Counted from the first letter of the stretch, positions 19,365 to 29,403 are shown. The stretch: DNA of 64,000 nucleotides from Thermodesulfobacteriota bacterium (GCA_965226585.1 OZ245366.1:768001-832000); one strand, 5' to 3'. Made by a program: numbers and translations. Notes: a model not told the origin generated them from the sequence alone.

Positions 19365-20204
19365 ATGAGTTTTTCAAAAAGATCGTTTCTTTCTTCTGTT
19401 TTAGTTTTCGCGGTGGCTCTTGCCGCCGTTCCCTCCGCTTTCGCGGCTTCCCGCGCCGGAGTTTATAAAGGCAAAGTTGATGTTGCCGAATACCTTGTGA
19501 GCGAGAAACTTGACGGCGTTCGCGCCACATGGGACGGCGGCAAATTTGTCTCGCGAGGCGGCAAAACCTTCGCCGCGCCCAAATGGTTCACAAAAGATTT
19601 TCCGAACAAAAAAATGGAAGGCGAACTGTGGACACGCAGAGGCGGTTTTGAAGAAACGGTTTCCATCGTCCGCCGCAAAAAGGCGCATGACGGATGGAAG
19701 AAGGTTAAATACATGGTGTTTGACCTTCCGGGGCAAAAGGGCTCTTTTGAGGAACGGTACAAGGCGATAGAGAAACTTGTGTCTGAATCCAAATCGCCGT
19801 ATCTGGAAGAAGTTCGCCACATAACGGTTAAGAACCCCAGCCAGTTGGATAAATATCTTGAGCGTATCGTGAGCGTTAAAGGCGAGGGGGTTATGCTCCA
19901 CAAAAAGACCGCGATTTATGGCAACAACAAAAGCAAAGACCTGCTGAAGTACAAGAAGTTTGAAGATGCCGAGGCGGTTGTTATCGCCCACAATCCGGGC
20001 AAGGGAAGGTTCACTGGGATGCTTGGAAGCGTTACGGTTAAAACGCCCAAAGGTGTGCAGTTCAAAATCGGCACGGGATTTACTTTCAAGCAGAGAAAGA
20101 ACCCGCCCGCAGTCGGCGAGACCGTAACCTACAAATACACGGGGTTCACAAAAAGCGGCAAACCGAAGCATCCGTCATTCTGGCGTGTGAAAGAAGAGAA
20201 GTAG
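19365..20204 (+). CDS. Minimal ATP-dependent DNA ligase with signal peptide (LigE-like)
   Basis: SEKLDGVRA motif I, EGELW, VFDLP, GEGVML, LLKYK, OB fold KIGTGF; N-terminal signal peptide ending SAFA. Confidence 0.85.
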   Translation: MSFSKRSFLSSVLVFAVALAAVPSAFAASRAGVYKGKVDVAEYLVSEKLDGVRATWDGGKFVSRGGKTFAAPKWFTKDFPNKKMEGELWTRRGGFEETVSIVRRKKAHDGWKKVKYMVFDLPGQKGSFEERYKAIEKLVSESKSPYLEEVRHITVKNPSQLDKYLERIVSVKGEGVMLHKKTAIYGNNKSKDLLKYKKFEDAEAVVIAHNPGKGRFTGMLGSVTVKTPKGVQFKIGTGFTFKQRKNPPAVGETVTYKYTGFTKSGKPKHPSFWRVKEEK

Positions 20205-20284
20205 CCGTTTAGTTATCAGACCACACGGCGCATTCAATGAGAATACCGGCTTCACTATTGCACTAGTCGGTTTGTTTGCCTGAA

Positions 20285-21442
20285 CTATTTGCCCAAAAGA
20301 CTCACGACACAGGTGATTCCGTCCATTGCCGGCTGGGCTCCGCCCATTGTTTCTATGAGTCCGACTTTGGCGTCTTTTACCTGTCTTTTGCCCGTTTCTC
20401 CTCTCAACTGGCGGACAATCTCCGCAGTCTGAAGAAGCCCCGTGGCTCCAACCGGGTGACCCCTCGACAGAAGACCGCCTCCGGGATTGACGGCAACCTT
20501 GTCTCCGCCCACCCATGTGCTTTCCTCGTCAATCAGCCGCGCGCCTTCGCCCTCTTTGCAGAAACCAAGCGCCTCGGTAACCATCATCTCAGCAATTGAA
20601 AACGCATCGTGAATTTCGCACACATCCACGTCTTCGGGTCCCAGCCCCGCCATCTCATAGGCAAGGTTCACGCTTCTTGAAACGTTTTCCGAAGGAGCGC
20701 AGGTCAGCCCCGTGGGACTTGAGTATTTGCCCGACTGAGCTACACAGCCGAGAACCTTTATCGGTGTTTTCTTCGCGAGTTTCTTAACCTGATCGCCTGA
20801 GCACAGAACCGCCGCCGCCGCCGCGTCTCCAACGGGACAGCACTGGTTGCGCGTAAGCGGGTCTGCAATCAGCGGAGAATCCAGCACACTCTCAACCGTT
20901 TCCGGTTTTGTGAACTGAGCCGCCGGGTTCATCGCGGCGTGATGCCTGCTTTTTACGACAACCTTCGCAAGTTGCTCTTTTGTAACTCCGTATTCGTGCA
21001 TATACCTTCTGGCGCGCATCGCGTAAAGCGCGGGCATTCCCATTCCCATCGCCACCTCAAGGTCATCATCTTCAAGCGGCAGAGGCCCGCCGGAAAGCAC
21101 CTTGCTGAGGTTCTCAACCCCAAGGGCGAGGGAGATTTCCGCCTGTCCGTAGGCGATTGTTCTCCAAGACTCCCAGAACGAAAGCGTTCCGCTTCCGCAC
21201 GCGCCTTCAACATTGATTGTCGGCTGTCCGACAAGTCCTATCTCTTTCATCGTGCGCTGTCCCACTCCCATGCCCTGATAGACATGACCGCAGAAAACTA
21301 TTTCAATTGAGCGCGGGTGAATTCCGGCGTCCTGTATCGCCTTCCACGCGGCCTCACGCCCGAGAACATGGGCGGCTTTGTCGGGAAATCTTCCGCAGGC
21401 GGTGTTTCCCACTCCCAGAATGTAGACATCTCTTAAAGACAT
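20285..21442 (-). CDS. Thiolase family protein, SCP2-thiolase type
   Basis: NVEGACGSG, EIHDAF, NPGGGLLSRGHPVGATG. Confidence 0.85.
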   Translation of the reverse strand: MSLRDVYILGVGNTACGRFPDKAAHVLGREAAWKAIQDAGIHPRSIEIVFCGHVYQGMGVGQRTMKEIGLVGQPTINVEGACGSGTLSFWESWRTIAYGQAEISLALGVENLSKVLSGGPLPLEDDDLEVAMGMGMPALYAMRARRYMHEYGVTKEQLAKVVVKSRHHAAMNPAAQFTKPETVESVLDSPLIADPLTRNQCCPVGDAAAAAVLCSGDQVKKLAKKTPIKVLGCVAQSGKYSSPTGLTCAPSENVSRSVNLAYEMAGLGPEDVDVCEIHDAFSIAEMMVTEALGFCKEGEGARLIDEESTWVGGDKVAVNPGGGLLSRGHPVGATGLLQTAEIVRQLRGETGKRQVKDAKVGLIETMGGAQPAMDGITCVVSLLGK

Positions 21443-21502
21443 ATTGCGAACTCCTTTTTGATGAATTTGACGGACAAAATTGTCTCCTCACTTGTGCCGC
21501 TA

Positions 21503-21563
21503 AATATATGGAAACGGCGCGTCCGTGTCAATTCTTGACAACTCCCGCGCTTGCCAATAAAAT
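21503..21563. promoter_or_regulatory. Back-to-back divergent sigma70 promoters
   Basis: + strand TTGACA (21535-21540)-17 bp-TAAAAT (21558-21563); - strand TTGACA (21531-21526)-17 bp-TATATT (21508-21503). Confidence 0.7.
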
Positions 21564-21631
21564 TTCTGCCAAGTCGGTTGTCAATCTACAGACCGCCGGG
21601 TGAGATTTTTCCAATAGGGGGAACATAAATT

Positions 21632-22663
21632 ATGGCCAGCAAACTAATACTGGACGATGTACCTGAGAAAAGCTCGGTACAAGTGATGGACGCCTTTAAT
21701 GCCATGGGCACGCGGCGTTCAATAAGATGGTACGAGCCCGATGAGCCCGTCGAAAGATGGAAGATTCAGGCCATGCTTGAAGCCGCAAGGGTTGCGCCTT
21801 CAGCGGGTAACTTCAACGGTCAGAGGGCTATCGTTGTCTACAGGGATGAAGACCCTGAGATTTGGGAGTTCATATCAGACTGGAGTCAGATAACGACCCA
21901 GATGGCTCCGGTTCTTATCTTCTGGTGCTACGACCTTGCGAACTACGATGTTCAGGGTCAGGCAATCCACGACCTTCTGAGAACTGGCGCGCTGGACAAG
22001 GCGCACGGATGGGAATACGACAGGGTTTCCGGTCTTTTCCCGCTTCCCGCTCTGCTTCCTGACGCTGTTCTTCACCGTCTTGCGGCGATTGACCTCGGCA
22101 ACGCCATACAGAATTCGATGATAGCGGCGACCTCTCTTGGTCTCGGCACTTGCCTCAACGGGGCAAGCGGCGGAGCGAGAAGGAACACAAAAGAGAAATT
22201 CGGGCTTCCGGACACATACGTGTTCAGTTGGCTGATGACGGTTGGAGTTCCCGCGGAAAGCATGGACGGCGGCGGAACGCGTTCGCGTCCTCCGTTTGAG
22301 AACATGTTCTTTGAGAAGAAAGTCGGACAGGGTTTCAAGAGAGACCCCAAAGCCGTGAAACTTCTTGAAGAGTTGAAACTCATTCAGGCGCCGGGACCGC
22401 TTCCCGGAAGGCTTGAGGAGATTAACCGTCTTACCAAACGTTTCGGTCTCGGAGACGAGTCTCTTACCGATTGGAAGTTTGAGGGTTCCACAATGGACGA
22501 CCCCAAAACGGCGATTGACAAACGCCTCTCACCGCTTAGCGATGAAGAGGTTAAAGCGTCTGTTCCGGGTGAAGTCAAAGTTGACTTTGAACTGAAGCCG
22601 ACGGTTAAAAGAGAGGTGCTCGACCAGTACCGCAAGGACAAAGGCATCGGCGCCACCGACTGA
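21632..22663 (+). CDS. Nitroreductase family protein with C-terminal extension
   Basis: RRSIRWY, APSAGN, QNSMIAATSLGLGTC. Confidence 0.8.
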   Translation: MASKLILDDVPEKSSVQVMDAFNAMGTRRSIRWYEPDEPVERWKIQAMLEAARVAPSAGNFNGQRAIVVYRDEDPEIWEFISDWSQITTQMAPVLIFWCYDLANYDVQGQAIHDLLRTGALDKAHGWEYDRVSGLFPLPALLPDAVLHRLAAIDLGNAIQNSMIAATSLGLGTCLNGASGGARRNTKEKFGLPDTYVFSWLMTVGVPAESMDGGGTRSRPPFENMFFEKKVGQGFKRDPKAVKLLEELKLIQAPGPLPGRLEEINRLTKRFGLGDESLTDWKFEGSTMDDPKTAIDKRLSPLSDEEVKASVPGEVKVDFELKPTVKREVLDQYRKDKGIGATD

Positions 22664-22698
22664 CCTTTCAGGGTAACAAACTTTACGGAGGAAAAAAA

Positions 22699-22896
22699 AT
22701 GGCAGAAATAACACTTAACATCCCCGACCCTATCTACAAAGTGATAGAGAAGAGGGCGAAGGACACAAACAATCCCAACGGTCCGCAGGGCGTGATTATT
22801 GCAAATCTCGCTTTGATTTTCGGCGCGGCTCAGTACAAACCTGAGAAGTGGCTGAAAAACCAGACCGACGACCAGGACATGTCACAACCCTGGTAA
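22699..22896 (+). CDS. Small protein, possible ribbon-helix-helix fold
   Basis: Strong GGAGG RBS; ITLNIPD strand followed by helix IYKVIEKRAK; terminator downstream. Confidence 0.55.
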   Translation: MAEITLNIPDPIYKVIEKRAKDTNNPNGPQGVIIANLALIFGAAQYKPEKWLKNQTDDQDMSQPW

Positions 22897-22916
22897 GGGA
22901 CTTAACTGTCACAAGG

Positions 22917-22948
22917 AAAAAGGGGAAGCTTCGGCTTCCCTTTTTTTT
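22917..22948 (+). terminator. Rho-independent terminator
   Basis: GGGAAGC-TTCG-GCTTCCC hairpin followed by T8. Confidence 0.85.
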
Positions 22949-22984
22949 GCCCTTCGCGCAGTTTCCAAATAATCTGTATGGACT

Positions 22985-23839
22985 ATGGGACTTAACAGAG
23001 ATTTTATCGGCAGAGACCTTGGAACCGCTTCTCACAAGGTAACGCAGGGCGGGATAGACGCCTATGCGGAAGTTACAGGCGGCGGGAGCAACCCGGCATA
23101 TGCGGATGGTGTTGCGCCGCCGTCATTTCCGGTTGTTTATGAACTTCCCGCGCTTGAGAAAATTTGGAGCGACCCTGATTTGAACGGCGGCGAAGAGCAG
23201 GCGAAAAAGAATGTTCTGATGCTTGTTCACGGCGACCAGAAGATGGTTTTTCACAAGCCGCTTCGCGCGGGAGACGAAGTGTCTTTCTCCGCGAAGGTTG
23301 CAGACATTCAAGACAAGGGTTCGGGCGAGGTGCTTGCTCTTCGCACGGAGAGCAGAGTTGGGGGCGAACTGGTTTGTGAATCCGGCTGGGGGCTTTTTGT
23401 CAGGGGAATTGGAAGCGGAAAAAGACCTGAAGGCGGGAAGCCGAAGACGCCAAAACCTGCGGAATCCGCCGCTCCCGAGGTGGTTTTCACAAGCGCGGTT
23501 GAGTTTCCGTCTGACATAACGCCACGCTACGCAGATGCTTCAAACGACCACAACCCCATACATCTTGACGGCGAAGTCGCAAAGGCGGCGGGGTTGAAAG
23601 GTGTTGTTGTTCACGGGCTTTGCACGATGTCAATGATTATGCAGAGCATAATAGACGGACACCTCGGCGGTGATCCTGAAAGGCTGAAAAGTCTGGCGGT
23701 GCGCTTTTCCGCCCCGGTATATCCGGGAGACACGCTGTCGGTTGAGTGTGTAAAGGCGGGAGAGGGCGCGATAAAGTTTGAAGCGGCACAGGAGAGTGGA
23801 ATGAAGGTGATTAAAGGCGGATTTGCGGAGTTTGTGTGA
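22985..23839 (+). CDS. Double hot-dog MaoC-type (R)-enoyl-CoA hydratase
   Basis: LVHGDQ in the first domain; YADASNDHNPIH...VVHG hydratase-2 motif; VRFSAPVYPGD. Confidence 0.85.
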   Translation: MGLNRDFIGRDLGTASHKVTQGGIDAYAEVTGGGSNPAYADGVAPPSFPVVYELPALEKIWSDPDLNGGEEQAKKNVLMLVHGDQKMVFHKPLRAGDEVSFSAKVADIQDKGSGEVLALRTESRVGGELVCESGWGLFVRGIGSGKRPEGGKPKTPKPAESAAPEVVFTSAVEFPSDITPRYADASNDHNPIHLDGEVAKAAGLKGVVVHGLCTMSMIMQSIIDGHLGGDPERLKSLAVRFSAPVYPGDTLSVECVKAGEGAIKFEAAQESGMKVIKGGFAEFV

Positions 23840-23841
23840 GT

Positions 23842-24846
23842 TTACCCCACAGCCCCTTTATAATCCTTAATAAACATCTCTGCCTTCTTTCTTATCGCTC
23901 TAACCCTTTCAGAGCGCGATTCCTTTCGCTTTTCCGCTTCTTTCCACAGCCGCTTTTCGTATGGCGTTTCCGCCGTGATTTGCGGCACGGCTGACGGTTT
24001 TCCGTTTTTGTCAATATGAACAAATGACAAAAACGCCGTGCAAGTGTGCTTGCTTTCCCCGGTTCGCGGGTTTTCGGAACTTATCTTTACCGCCGTTTCA
24101 AGTGAGGTTTTACCCGTGTGCGTTATGCCCGCTTTGAGCGTGATGTATTCGCCCTGCCGTATCGGAGAGAAAAAGAAAAGATTGTCCAGAGAACCCGTTA
24201 CAAGCGTGCCCTTCGCGTGCCTCATTCCCACAAGGGCGGAAGTCTCATCCGTGTATTTAAGCAGTTTCCCGGCGGACATGAAATCAGCAAAAAATATGTC
24301 GTCAGGCATAACCGCCCTTGAAGTCTCAAGAATAACCCGCGTAACCTCAGTCTCATCCGCGATATTGGAAAGTTGCTGCTTTCTAAGTTCCAACTCCTCA
24401 ATCCGCTCAACCTTTCGCGTAGCGGCTTTCTCACAAACCGCCGCCTCCGCGTCATCCGCAGGGGTTATCTTTTCCCCGACCTCGCGCGGAACGCCGTTTT
24501 TGTCAACCGCCACAAACGCAAGATGCGAAAGCGTTATGAACCGCTTCTCGCCACCCTCCGGGTCTTCGGAATAAACCCGCACCGCCACCTCAAGAGACGA
24601 CTTTCCCGTGAACTCAATCCAACTGTCCAGAACAACTATGCTTCCCACCTTGACGGGATTCATAAAATCTATGTTGTCCGCCGCGCCGAGCACCGTCAGC
24701 CCCTTGGCAAAACGCGCCGAAGTGATATTCGCGACAGACATTATCCAGTCCATCAGCCTACCGCCGTGAAGCGTTTGCTGTGAGTTCGCGTGCTCCTGCG
24801 AAACGTACCGAACAACCGTGCTGAGAGTTTTCCTTATTGTGGGCAT
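23842..24846 (-). CDS. Double hot-dog acyl-CoA thioesterase
   Basis: ANSQQTLHGG, TGKSSLEV, FVAVD and a second repeat with TGKTSLE, FVHID. Confidence 0.85.
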   Translation of the reverse strand: MPTIRKTLSTVVRYVSQEHANSQQTLHGGRLMDWIMSVANITSARFAKGLTVLGAADNIDFMNPVKVGSIVVLDSWIEFTGKSSLEVAVRVYSEDPEGGEKRFITLSHLAFVAVDKNGVPREVGEKITPADDAEAAVCEKAATRKVERIEELELRKQQLSNIADETEVTRVILETSRAVMPDDIFFADFMSAGKLLKYTDETSALVGMRHAKGTLVTGSLDNLFFFSPIRQGEYITLKAGITHTGKTSLETAVKISSENPRTGESKHTCTAFLSFVHIDKNGKPSAVPQITAETPYEKRLWKEAEKRKESRSERVRAIRKKAEMFIKDYKGAVG

Positions 24847-24918
24847 GAGTTTCCCCTTTTGTCCTGTGTCTCAAGCAATGTATCATAGAGTTCGCCCTTG
24901 CGAGGGCACGGATTCCAA

Positions 24919-26589
24919 ATGAATGCCGCCGTTGTAGCAGTTACAGCCATCGTTCTCTTTCTTGTCGGATACAGATTCTACGCGGCGTTTCTCGCGAAAA
25001 AAGTGTTCAAAATCTCTGACAACGAGATAACTCCCGCCCATGAAATGGAAGACGGGGTTGACTATGTGCCCGCGAAAAAAGGCGTTCTTTTCGGACACCA
25101 TTTTTCCTCCATCGCCGGAGCGGCTCCCATTATCGGTCCCGCAATAGCGGTTTTCTGGGGCTGGGTTCCGGCGGTTCTCTGGGTTGTTCTCGGAACCATA
25201 TTTATGGGCGCGGTTCACGATTTCAGCGCCCTCGTTATCTCCGCAAGAAACCGGGGCAGTTCAGTTGGAGACATCGCCGGAGACCTCATCACCCCGCGCG
25301 TTCGAACGCTTTTTCTTATTATCGTCTATTTTCTGGTTTTTTTCGTAATGGCGGTTTTTGCCTACGCGATAGCCGTGCTGTTCGTCAAATTTCCCTCAAG
25401 CGTTCTGCCCGTCAACCTTGAGATTGTTATGGCGCTTGTGCTCGGATTTATTTTTTACAGGAAAAAATCCGGCTCCACGGCGGCAACGGCGGTTGCCCAC
25501 GCGCTTCTTATCGCGGCAATATGGGCGGGAACAAAGTTTCACATTGCCGTTCCCGAACTTGCCGGCTCGCAAGTTGTTACCTGGGTTGTGTTTCTGTTCG
25601 GATACGCGTTTGTCGCTTCAGTGCTTCCCGTATGGACTCTGCTTCAGCCGAGAGATTATCTGAACAGTTTCCAGCTTGTCGCCGGTCTCGTCCTTCTTGT
25701 CGCGGGAATTATTGCCCTCAACCCTGAAATAACCGCTCCCGCTTTCAATGCGCAGGCAGTATCTGAAGGCGCGCCGATAGTGCCGTTTCTTTTCGTAACA
25801 ATCGCCTGCGGAGCGATAAGCGGTTTTCACGGGCTTGTATCAAGCGGAACCACCTCAAAACAACTTGACAAAATGTCGCACTGCCATCCCATCGGCTACG
25901 GCTGTATGCTGGGCGAGGGAACGCTCGCGGTTATCGCCATTCTTGCCGTAACAGCGGGAATAGGGGGCGCAGAGTGGTTTGAGCGTTACGGCACATGGGA
26001 TATGGCGAAAAACGGCGGCATGACCAACTTTGTTGACGGCGCGGCGGTTTTTCTTGAAGGGCTCCGCATACCCAGAGAGTTCGGAATAACGATTATCAGC
26101 GTTCTGGTGATAAGTTTTGCCGCCACTTCGCTTGATACCGCCGCGAGGATTCAGCGTCTTATAGTCGGCGAACTTGGAGCCGCATACAAGGTTGATTTTC
26201 TGAAAAACAGATACGCCGCCACTTTTGTCGCCGTGGCTCCGGCATTTCTTCTGGCAATTCTCGCGCAAGCCCCCGGAAGGGGACCCGGCTCGGGCGGTTT
26301 TATTCTCTGGCCCCTGTTCGGCGCAACAAACCAACTCATAGCGGGGCTCACCCTGCTTGTGGCGACCATCTATCTGTGGAAAACAAAAAGACCCTTTATC
26401 TACACGCTGGTTCCGATGATTTTCGTAATTCTCGCGGCGGGCGGCTCAGTTGTGTTCAACATCTTTAACTTTGCCGGCAACCGGCTTTTACAGGGTCTTT
26501 CAGTCTGCGTGTTTATTCTGACTCTCTGGCTTCTTCTTGAGGCGGCGGGTTTTATCAGACGAAACGCCGGGCGGCAAGGGGGCGGCTAA
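24919..26589 (+). CDS. cstA: Carbon starvation protein A family transporter
   Basis: TPAH..EDGVDYVP, LFGHHFSSIAGAAPIIGP, IACGAISGFH, WPLFGATNQL. Confidence 0.9.
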   Translation: MNAAVVAVTAIVLFLVGYRFYAAFLAKKVFKISDNEITPAHEMEDGVDYVPAKKGVLFGHHFSSIAGAAPIIGPAIAVFWGWVPAVLWVVLGTIFMGAVHDFSALVISARNRGSSVGDIAGDLITPRVRTLFLIIVYFLVFFVMAVFAYAIAVLFVKFPSSVLPVNLEIVMALVLGFIFYRKKSGSTAATAVAHALLIAAIWAGTKFHIAVPELAGSQVVTWVVFLFGYAFVASVLPVWTLLQPRDYLNSFQLVAGLVLLVAGIIALNPEITAPAFNAQAVSEGAPIVPFLFVTIACGAISGFHGLVSSGTTSKQLDKMSHCHPIGYGCMLGEGTLAVIAILAVTAGIGGAEWFERYGTWDMAKNGGMTNFVDGAAVFLEGLRIPREFGITIISVLVISFAATSLDTAARIQRLIVGELGAAYKVDFLKNRYAATFVAVAPAFLLAILAQAPGRGPGSGGFILWPLFGATNQLIAGLTLLVATIYLWKTKRPFIYTLVPMIFVILAAGGSVVFNIFNFAGNRLLQGLSVCVFILTLWLLLEAAGFIRRNAGRQGGG

Positions 26590-27209
26590 ATCTCTTTTCT
26601 GTCCGCAATCGCGTTGCGTATGGTTGTGCGGTCGAGATGCTCAATTTCGCTTCCCGCCGGAACTCCCTGAGAAAGACGGTACACCCTGATGCCAAGCCGT
26701 ACCGCCCGTTTTTTCAGAATTTCCGCTATAAAGTTGCAAGTTGCCACGCTTTCAACCCGTGAACTCATGGCGAGGATAACCTCTTTTACTCTGCGGTCGC
26801 CGTCCAGCCGTTTTATCAGCTCGCGCAGTTTCAGGTCTCCGGGACCCACGCCGTCTGCGGGCGAGATGTATCCGTGAAGCACGTGATAGACGCCACGGTA
26901 GCCGCCGCTTTTTTCTATCGCGATGAGGTCAAGCGGCTGTTCAACCACGCACACGGTTGAAAACTCTCTCTCCGGATTGTCGCACACCGAGCATTTTCCC
27001 GCAGACGCGAAATGGAAACACTTTCCGCACACCGAGACTTCAGCGCGCGCCCTCGCGACTGATTCGGAAAGGCGGCGGGCTTTTTCTTCGGGTGCTTTGA
27101 AAACTATGTGAAAAGCAAGCCGTGTGGCGTTTTTCTCTCCAATGCCGGGAAGGGAGGCGAGTTCGCTTACAAGGTTTCTCATCTCCGCGGGCAGTCCGTA
27201 CGCGTCCAT
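26586..27209 (-). CDS. recR: Recombination protein RecR
   Basis: LPGIGEK HhH, C4 zinc finger, VCVVE Toprim, YHVLHG. Confidence 0.95.
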   Translation of the reverse strand: MDAYGLPAEMRNLVSELASLPGIGEKNATRLAFHIVFKAPEEKARRLSESVARARAEVSVCGKCFHFASAGKCSVCDNPEREFSTVCVVEQPLDLIAIEKSGGYRGVYHVLHGYISPADGVGPGDLKLRELIKRLDGDRRVKEVILAMSSRVESVATCNFIAEILKKRAVRLGIRVYRLSQGVPAGSEIEHLDRTTIRNAIADRKEI

Positions 27210-27211
27210 TT

Positions 27212-27535
27212 TTACAGAATTCCGGGCGGCAGTCCCATTCCGCCGGCGATCTTGGATATCTCTTCCTTCATCATCTTCCTTCCGCGCGAGAGCGCTTCGT
27301 TAATCGCCGCGCTTATCAGGTCTTGAAGCATTTCCGTGTCGTCTCCGCCGGCGATTTCCGGATCTATTCTGATTGACTGAATTTCCCCTTTCGCCTTCGC
27401 GGTTACGGTTACCATTCCGCCGCCTGAAGACGCTTCCACTATCTTCTCCCCTGCTTCGTTCTGAACCCTGTCAATGTCCTCTTTAAGTTTCTCCGCCTGC
27501 TTCATCAGGTTTCCCAGTCCGCCGTCAATCTTCAT
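27212..27535 (-). CDS. ybaB: YbaB/EbfC nucleoid-associated protein
   Basis: SGGGMVTV, MLQDLI.AA.NEA; dnaX-ybaB-recR synteny. Confidence 0.9.
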   Translation of the reverse strand: MKIDGGLGNLMKQAEKLKEDIDRVQNEAGEKIVEASSGGGMVTVTAKAKGEIQSIRIDPEIAGGDDTEMLQDLISAAINEALSRGRKMMKEEISKIAGGMGLPPGIL

Positions 27536-29190
27536 TTTGTTCTCCTTTGCCCGACGTGTTTTATTTTCCCGTCAAACATCTCAAGAGCCTTCCGCACAAT
27601 GGGGCTGTCCTGAATCTGTTCAGTCTTTTCCTCTTGCCGTGGAGGCGCGTTTTGCCTTGGAGGCGCGTTCAAAAATTCAATTCTGGCGGGGCATCCGAAA
27701 TAGGTTTCCGCCGCCGCTGTAATCGCGTCCATATCCTCTTTGTTGGAGGAAAGCATCTCCCGCAACACCTTGTCCCTGACCTTCATTACCGCGACCGAGT
27801 TCTCAACAGCTATGTCGCAACCCGCAATCATGCCCGCGATAAATCCGAAATTCTTTTTTCCCGATTTGAGAAAATCAGAAAATCCCCGGGCTGTTTTCTC
27901 TCCGCCCGAATTTTTCCGTTCAGGCTCATCCGTCCCGTTTGTTTTTTCGACCGGCGGCTCCTTCATTGACATTTCCTTTTCCGGGCGCGCGGGTGTTTCC
28001 GTGTATTTTTTCTCTTCCGCGCCGGTGTCCGCTGTGCCTTCACCGCCTGTGAGTTTTTTCAGTCTGCTCATTATGTCGTCAAGCGGAACCGCTTTTTCCA
28101 CGGAGCACAGTTTCAGTGCCATCGCTTCAACCGCCATTTCGGGATAGAGTGACCTGCCCACGCGGTCTGACGCTTCTATCGCTATGTCAAAAAGCATTTC
28201 AAGGTCTTGCGGCGAGTTGTCCGCAGAGGCGGAAACAAGGAAATCCGCTCTTTCCTTTGATATGTCGGGAACGGATTCTTTGCCGCTGATTTTTAGCGTA
28301 ACCGCCGTTCTGAGCAGTGATGTAACGCCCCCTGAGAATTTCGCGGGGCTTGTTCCCTTGTCAAGCGTGTTTTTAAGGGCTTTCAGTCCCGCCGCCGGGT
28401 CTCTTTTCATTATCGCCTCAAACATTTCGTTCATCAGATTTGTGTCAACAAATCCGAGAAGGGTGAGCGCTTCGTTGTGTTCAATGGAGTTTCCGAAGGT
28501 GGCGATTAACTGGTCGAGAAGGCTGAGCGCGTCTCTCATGCTTCCGTCCGCTTCAATCGCGATGGTGGAAACCGTTTCCTGAGGTATCTCTATGCTTTCG
28601 TTTTTTGCCGCCTCTTCAAGCGAAGACGCTATTTCGCCCGCGGAAACTTTTTTGAAGTCATACCGCTGACAGCGCGAAAGGATTGTTGCCGGTATTTTGT
28701 GCGGCTCTGTTGTCGCGAGCATGAACAGGACGTGTCCGGGCGGTTCTTCAAGGGTTTTGAGCAGGGCGTTGAAAGCCGCCTGCGAGAGCATATGCGTTTC
28801 GTCTATGATGTAGATTCTCATCTTTCCCGAAGCGGGGATGTAGCGGGATTTTTCAATAATATCGCGCACATCGTTAACGCTTGTGTGAGACGCGGCGTCT
28901 ATTTCCTGAACTTCCACCGCGCGCCCGTCTGATATGAGCGAGCAGGATTCGCAGGTGTCTGCCTTGCAGGGTCTGTCTTCAACCGAAGGTTTGTCGCAGT
29001 TGACGGTTTTTGCCACGATTCTTGCCGTGGATGTTTTTCCGACTCCTCTGGGTCCCGTGAACAGCAGGGCGTGAGCCAGTTTTCCCGTTCTCGCGGCGTT
29101 GCTCAGGGCTTTTACTATGTAGCCCTGTCCCACAACCTCGTCAAAGGTTTGAGGTCTCAATTTTCTTGCGAGAACTATGTAGGACGACAT
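27532..29190 (-). CDS. dnaX: DNA polymerase III subunit gamma/tau
   Basis: LARKLRPQTF, GPRGVGKT, EIDAAS, NALLKTLEEPP, SRCQ; start moved to ATG 29190 because the upstream extension overlaps SRP RNA. Confidence 0.95.
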   Translation of the reverse strand: MSSYIVLARKLRPQTFDEVVGQGYIVKALSNAARTGKLAHALLFTGPRGVGKTSTARIVAKTVNCDKPSVEDRPCKADTCESCSLISDGRAVEVQEIDAASHTSVNDVRDIIEKSRYIPASGKMRIYIIDETHMLSQAAFNALLKTLEEPPGHVLFMLATTEPHKIPATILSRCQRYDFKKVSAGEIASSLEEAAKNESIEIPQETVSTIAIEADGSMRDALSLLDQLIATFGNSIEHNEALTLLGFVDTNLMNEMFEAIMKRDPAAGLKALKNTLDKGTSPAKFSGGVTSLLRTAVTLKISGKESVPDISKERADFLVSASADNSPQDLEMLFDIAIEASDRVGRSLYPEMAVEAMALKLCSVEKAVPLDDIMSRLKKLTGGEGTADTGAEEKKYTETPARPEKEMSMKEPPVEKTNGTDEPERKNSGGEKTARGFSDFLKSGKKNFGFIAGMIAGCDIAVENSVAVMKVRDKVLREMLSSNKEDMDAITAAAETYFGCPARIEFLNAPPRQNAPPRQEEKTEQIQDSPIVRKALEMFDGKIKHVGQRRTK

Positions 29191-29200
29191 TTCAGATATA

Positions 29201-29310
29201 AACCCGGTTTGCCGGGTGCCCGCAACGCCTGAGGAGTTTTGCTGCCGTTGCTTCCTTCCGGACCTGGCGGATTCACAATTCCCCACCGCGCGGCCCGGCT
29301 CGCCGGGGTT
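29201..29310 (-). ncRNA. ffs: Signal recognition particle RNA (small, 4.5S type)
   Basis: CCAGGTCCGGAAGGAAGCAACGG domain IV motif in a long hairpin with complementary ends; upstream of dnaX. Confidence 0.9.
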
Positions 29311-29403
29311 TTGTTTACTCTGCCAGTCATTGTATCGGTTTGAAGGGGCGGGGGCAAATTGCAAGTCTTACCGCCGCAAATTGCAGGTTTGTATGTATCA
29401 AAA

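Noticed and set aside
29191..29364. N-terminal extension of DnaX
   Set aside because: It overlaps the SRP RNA; the conserved N-terminus begins at 29190
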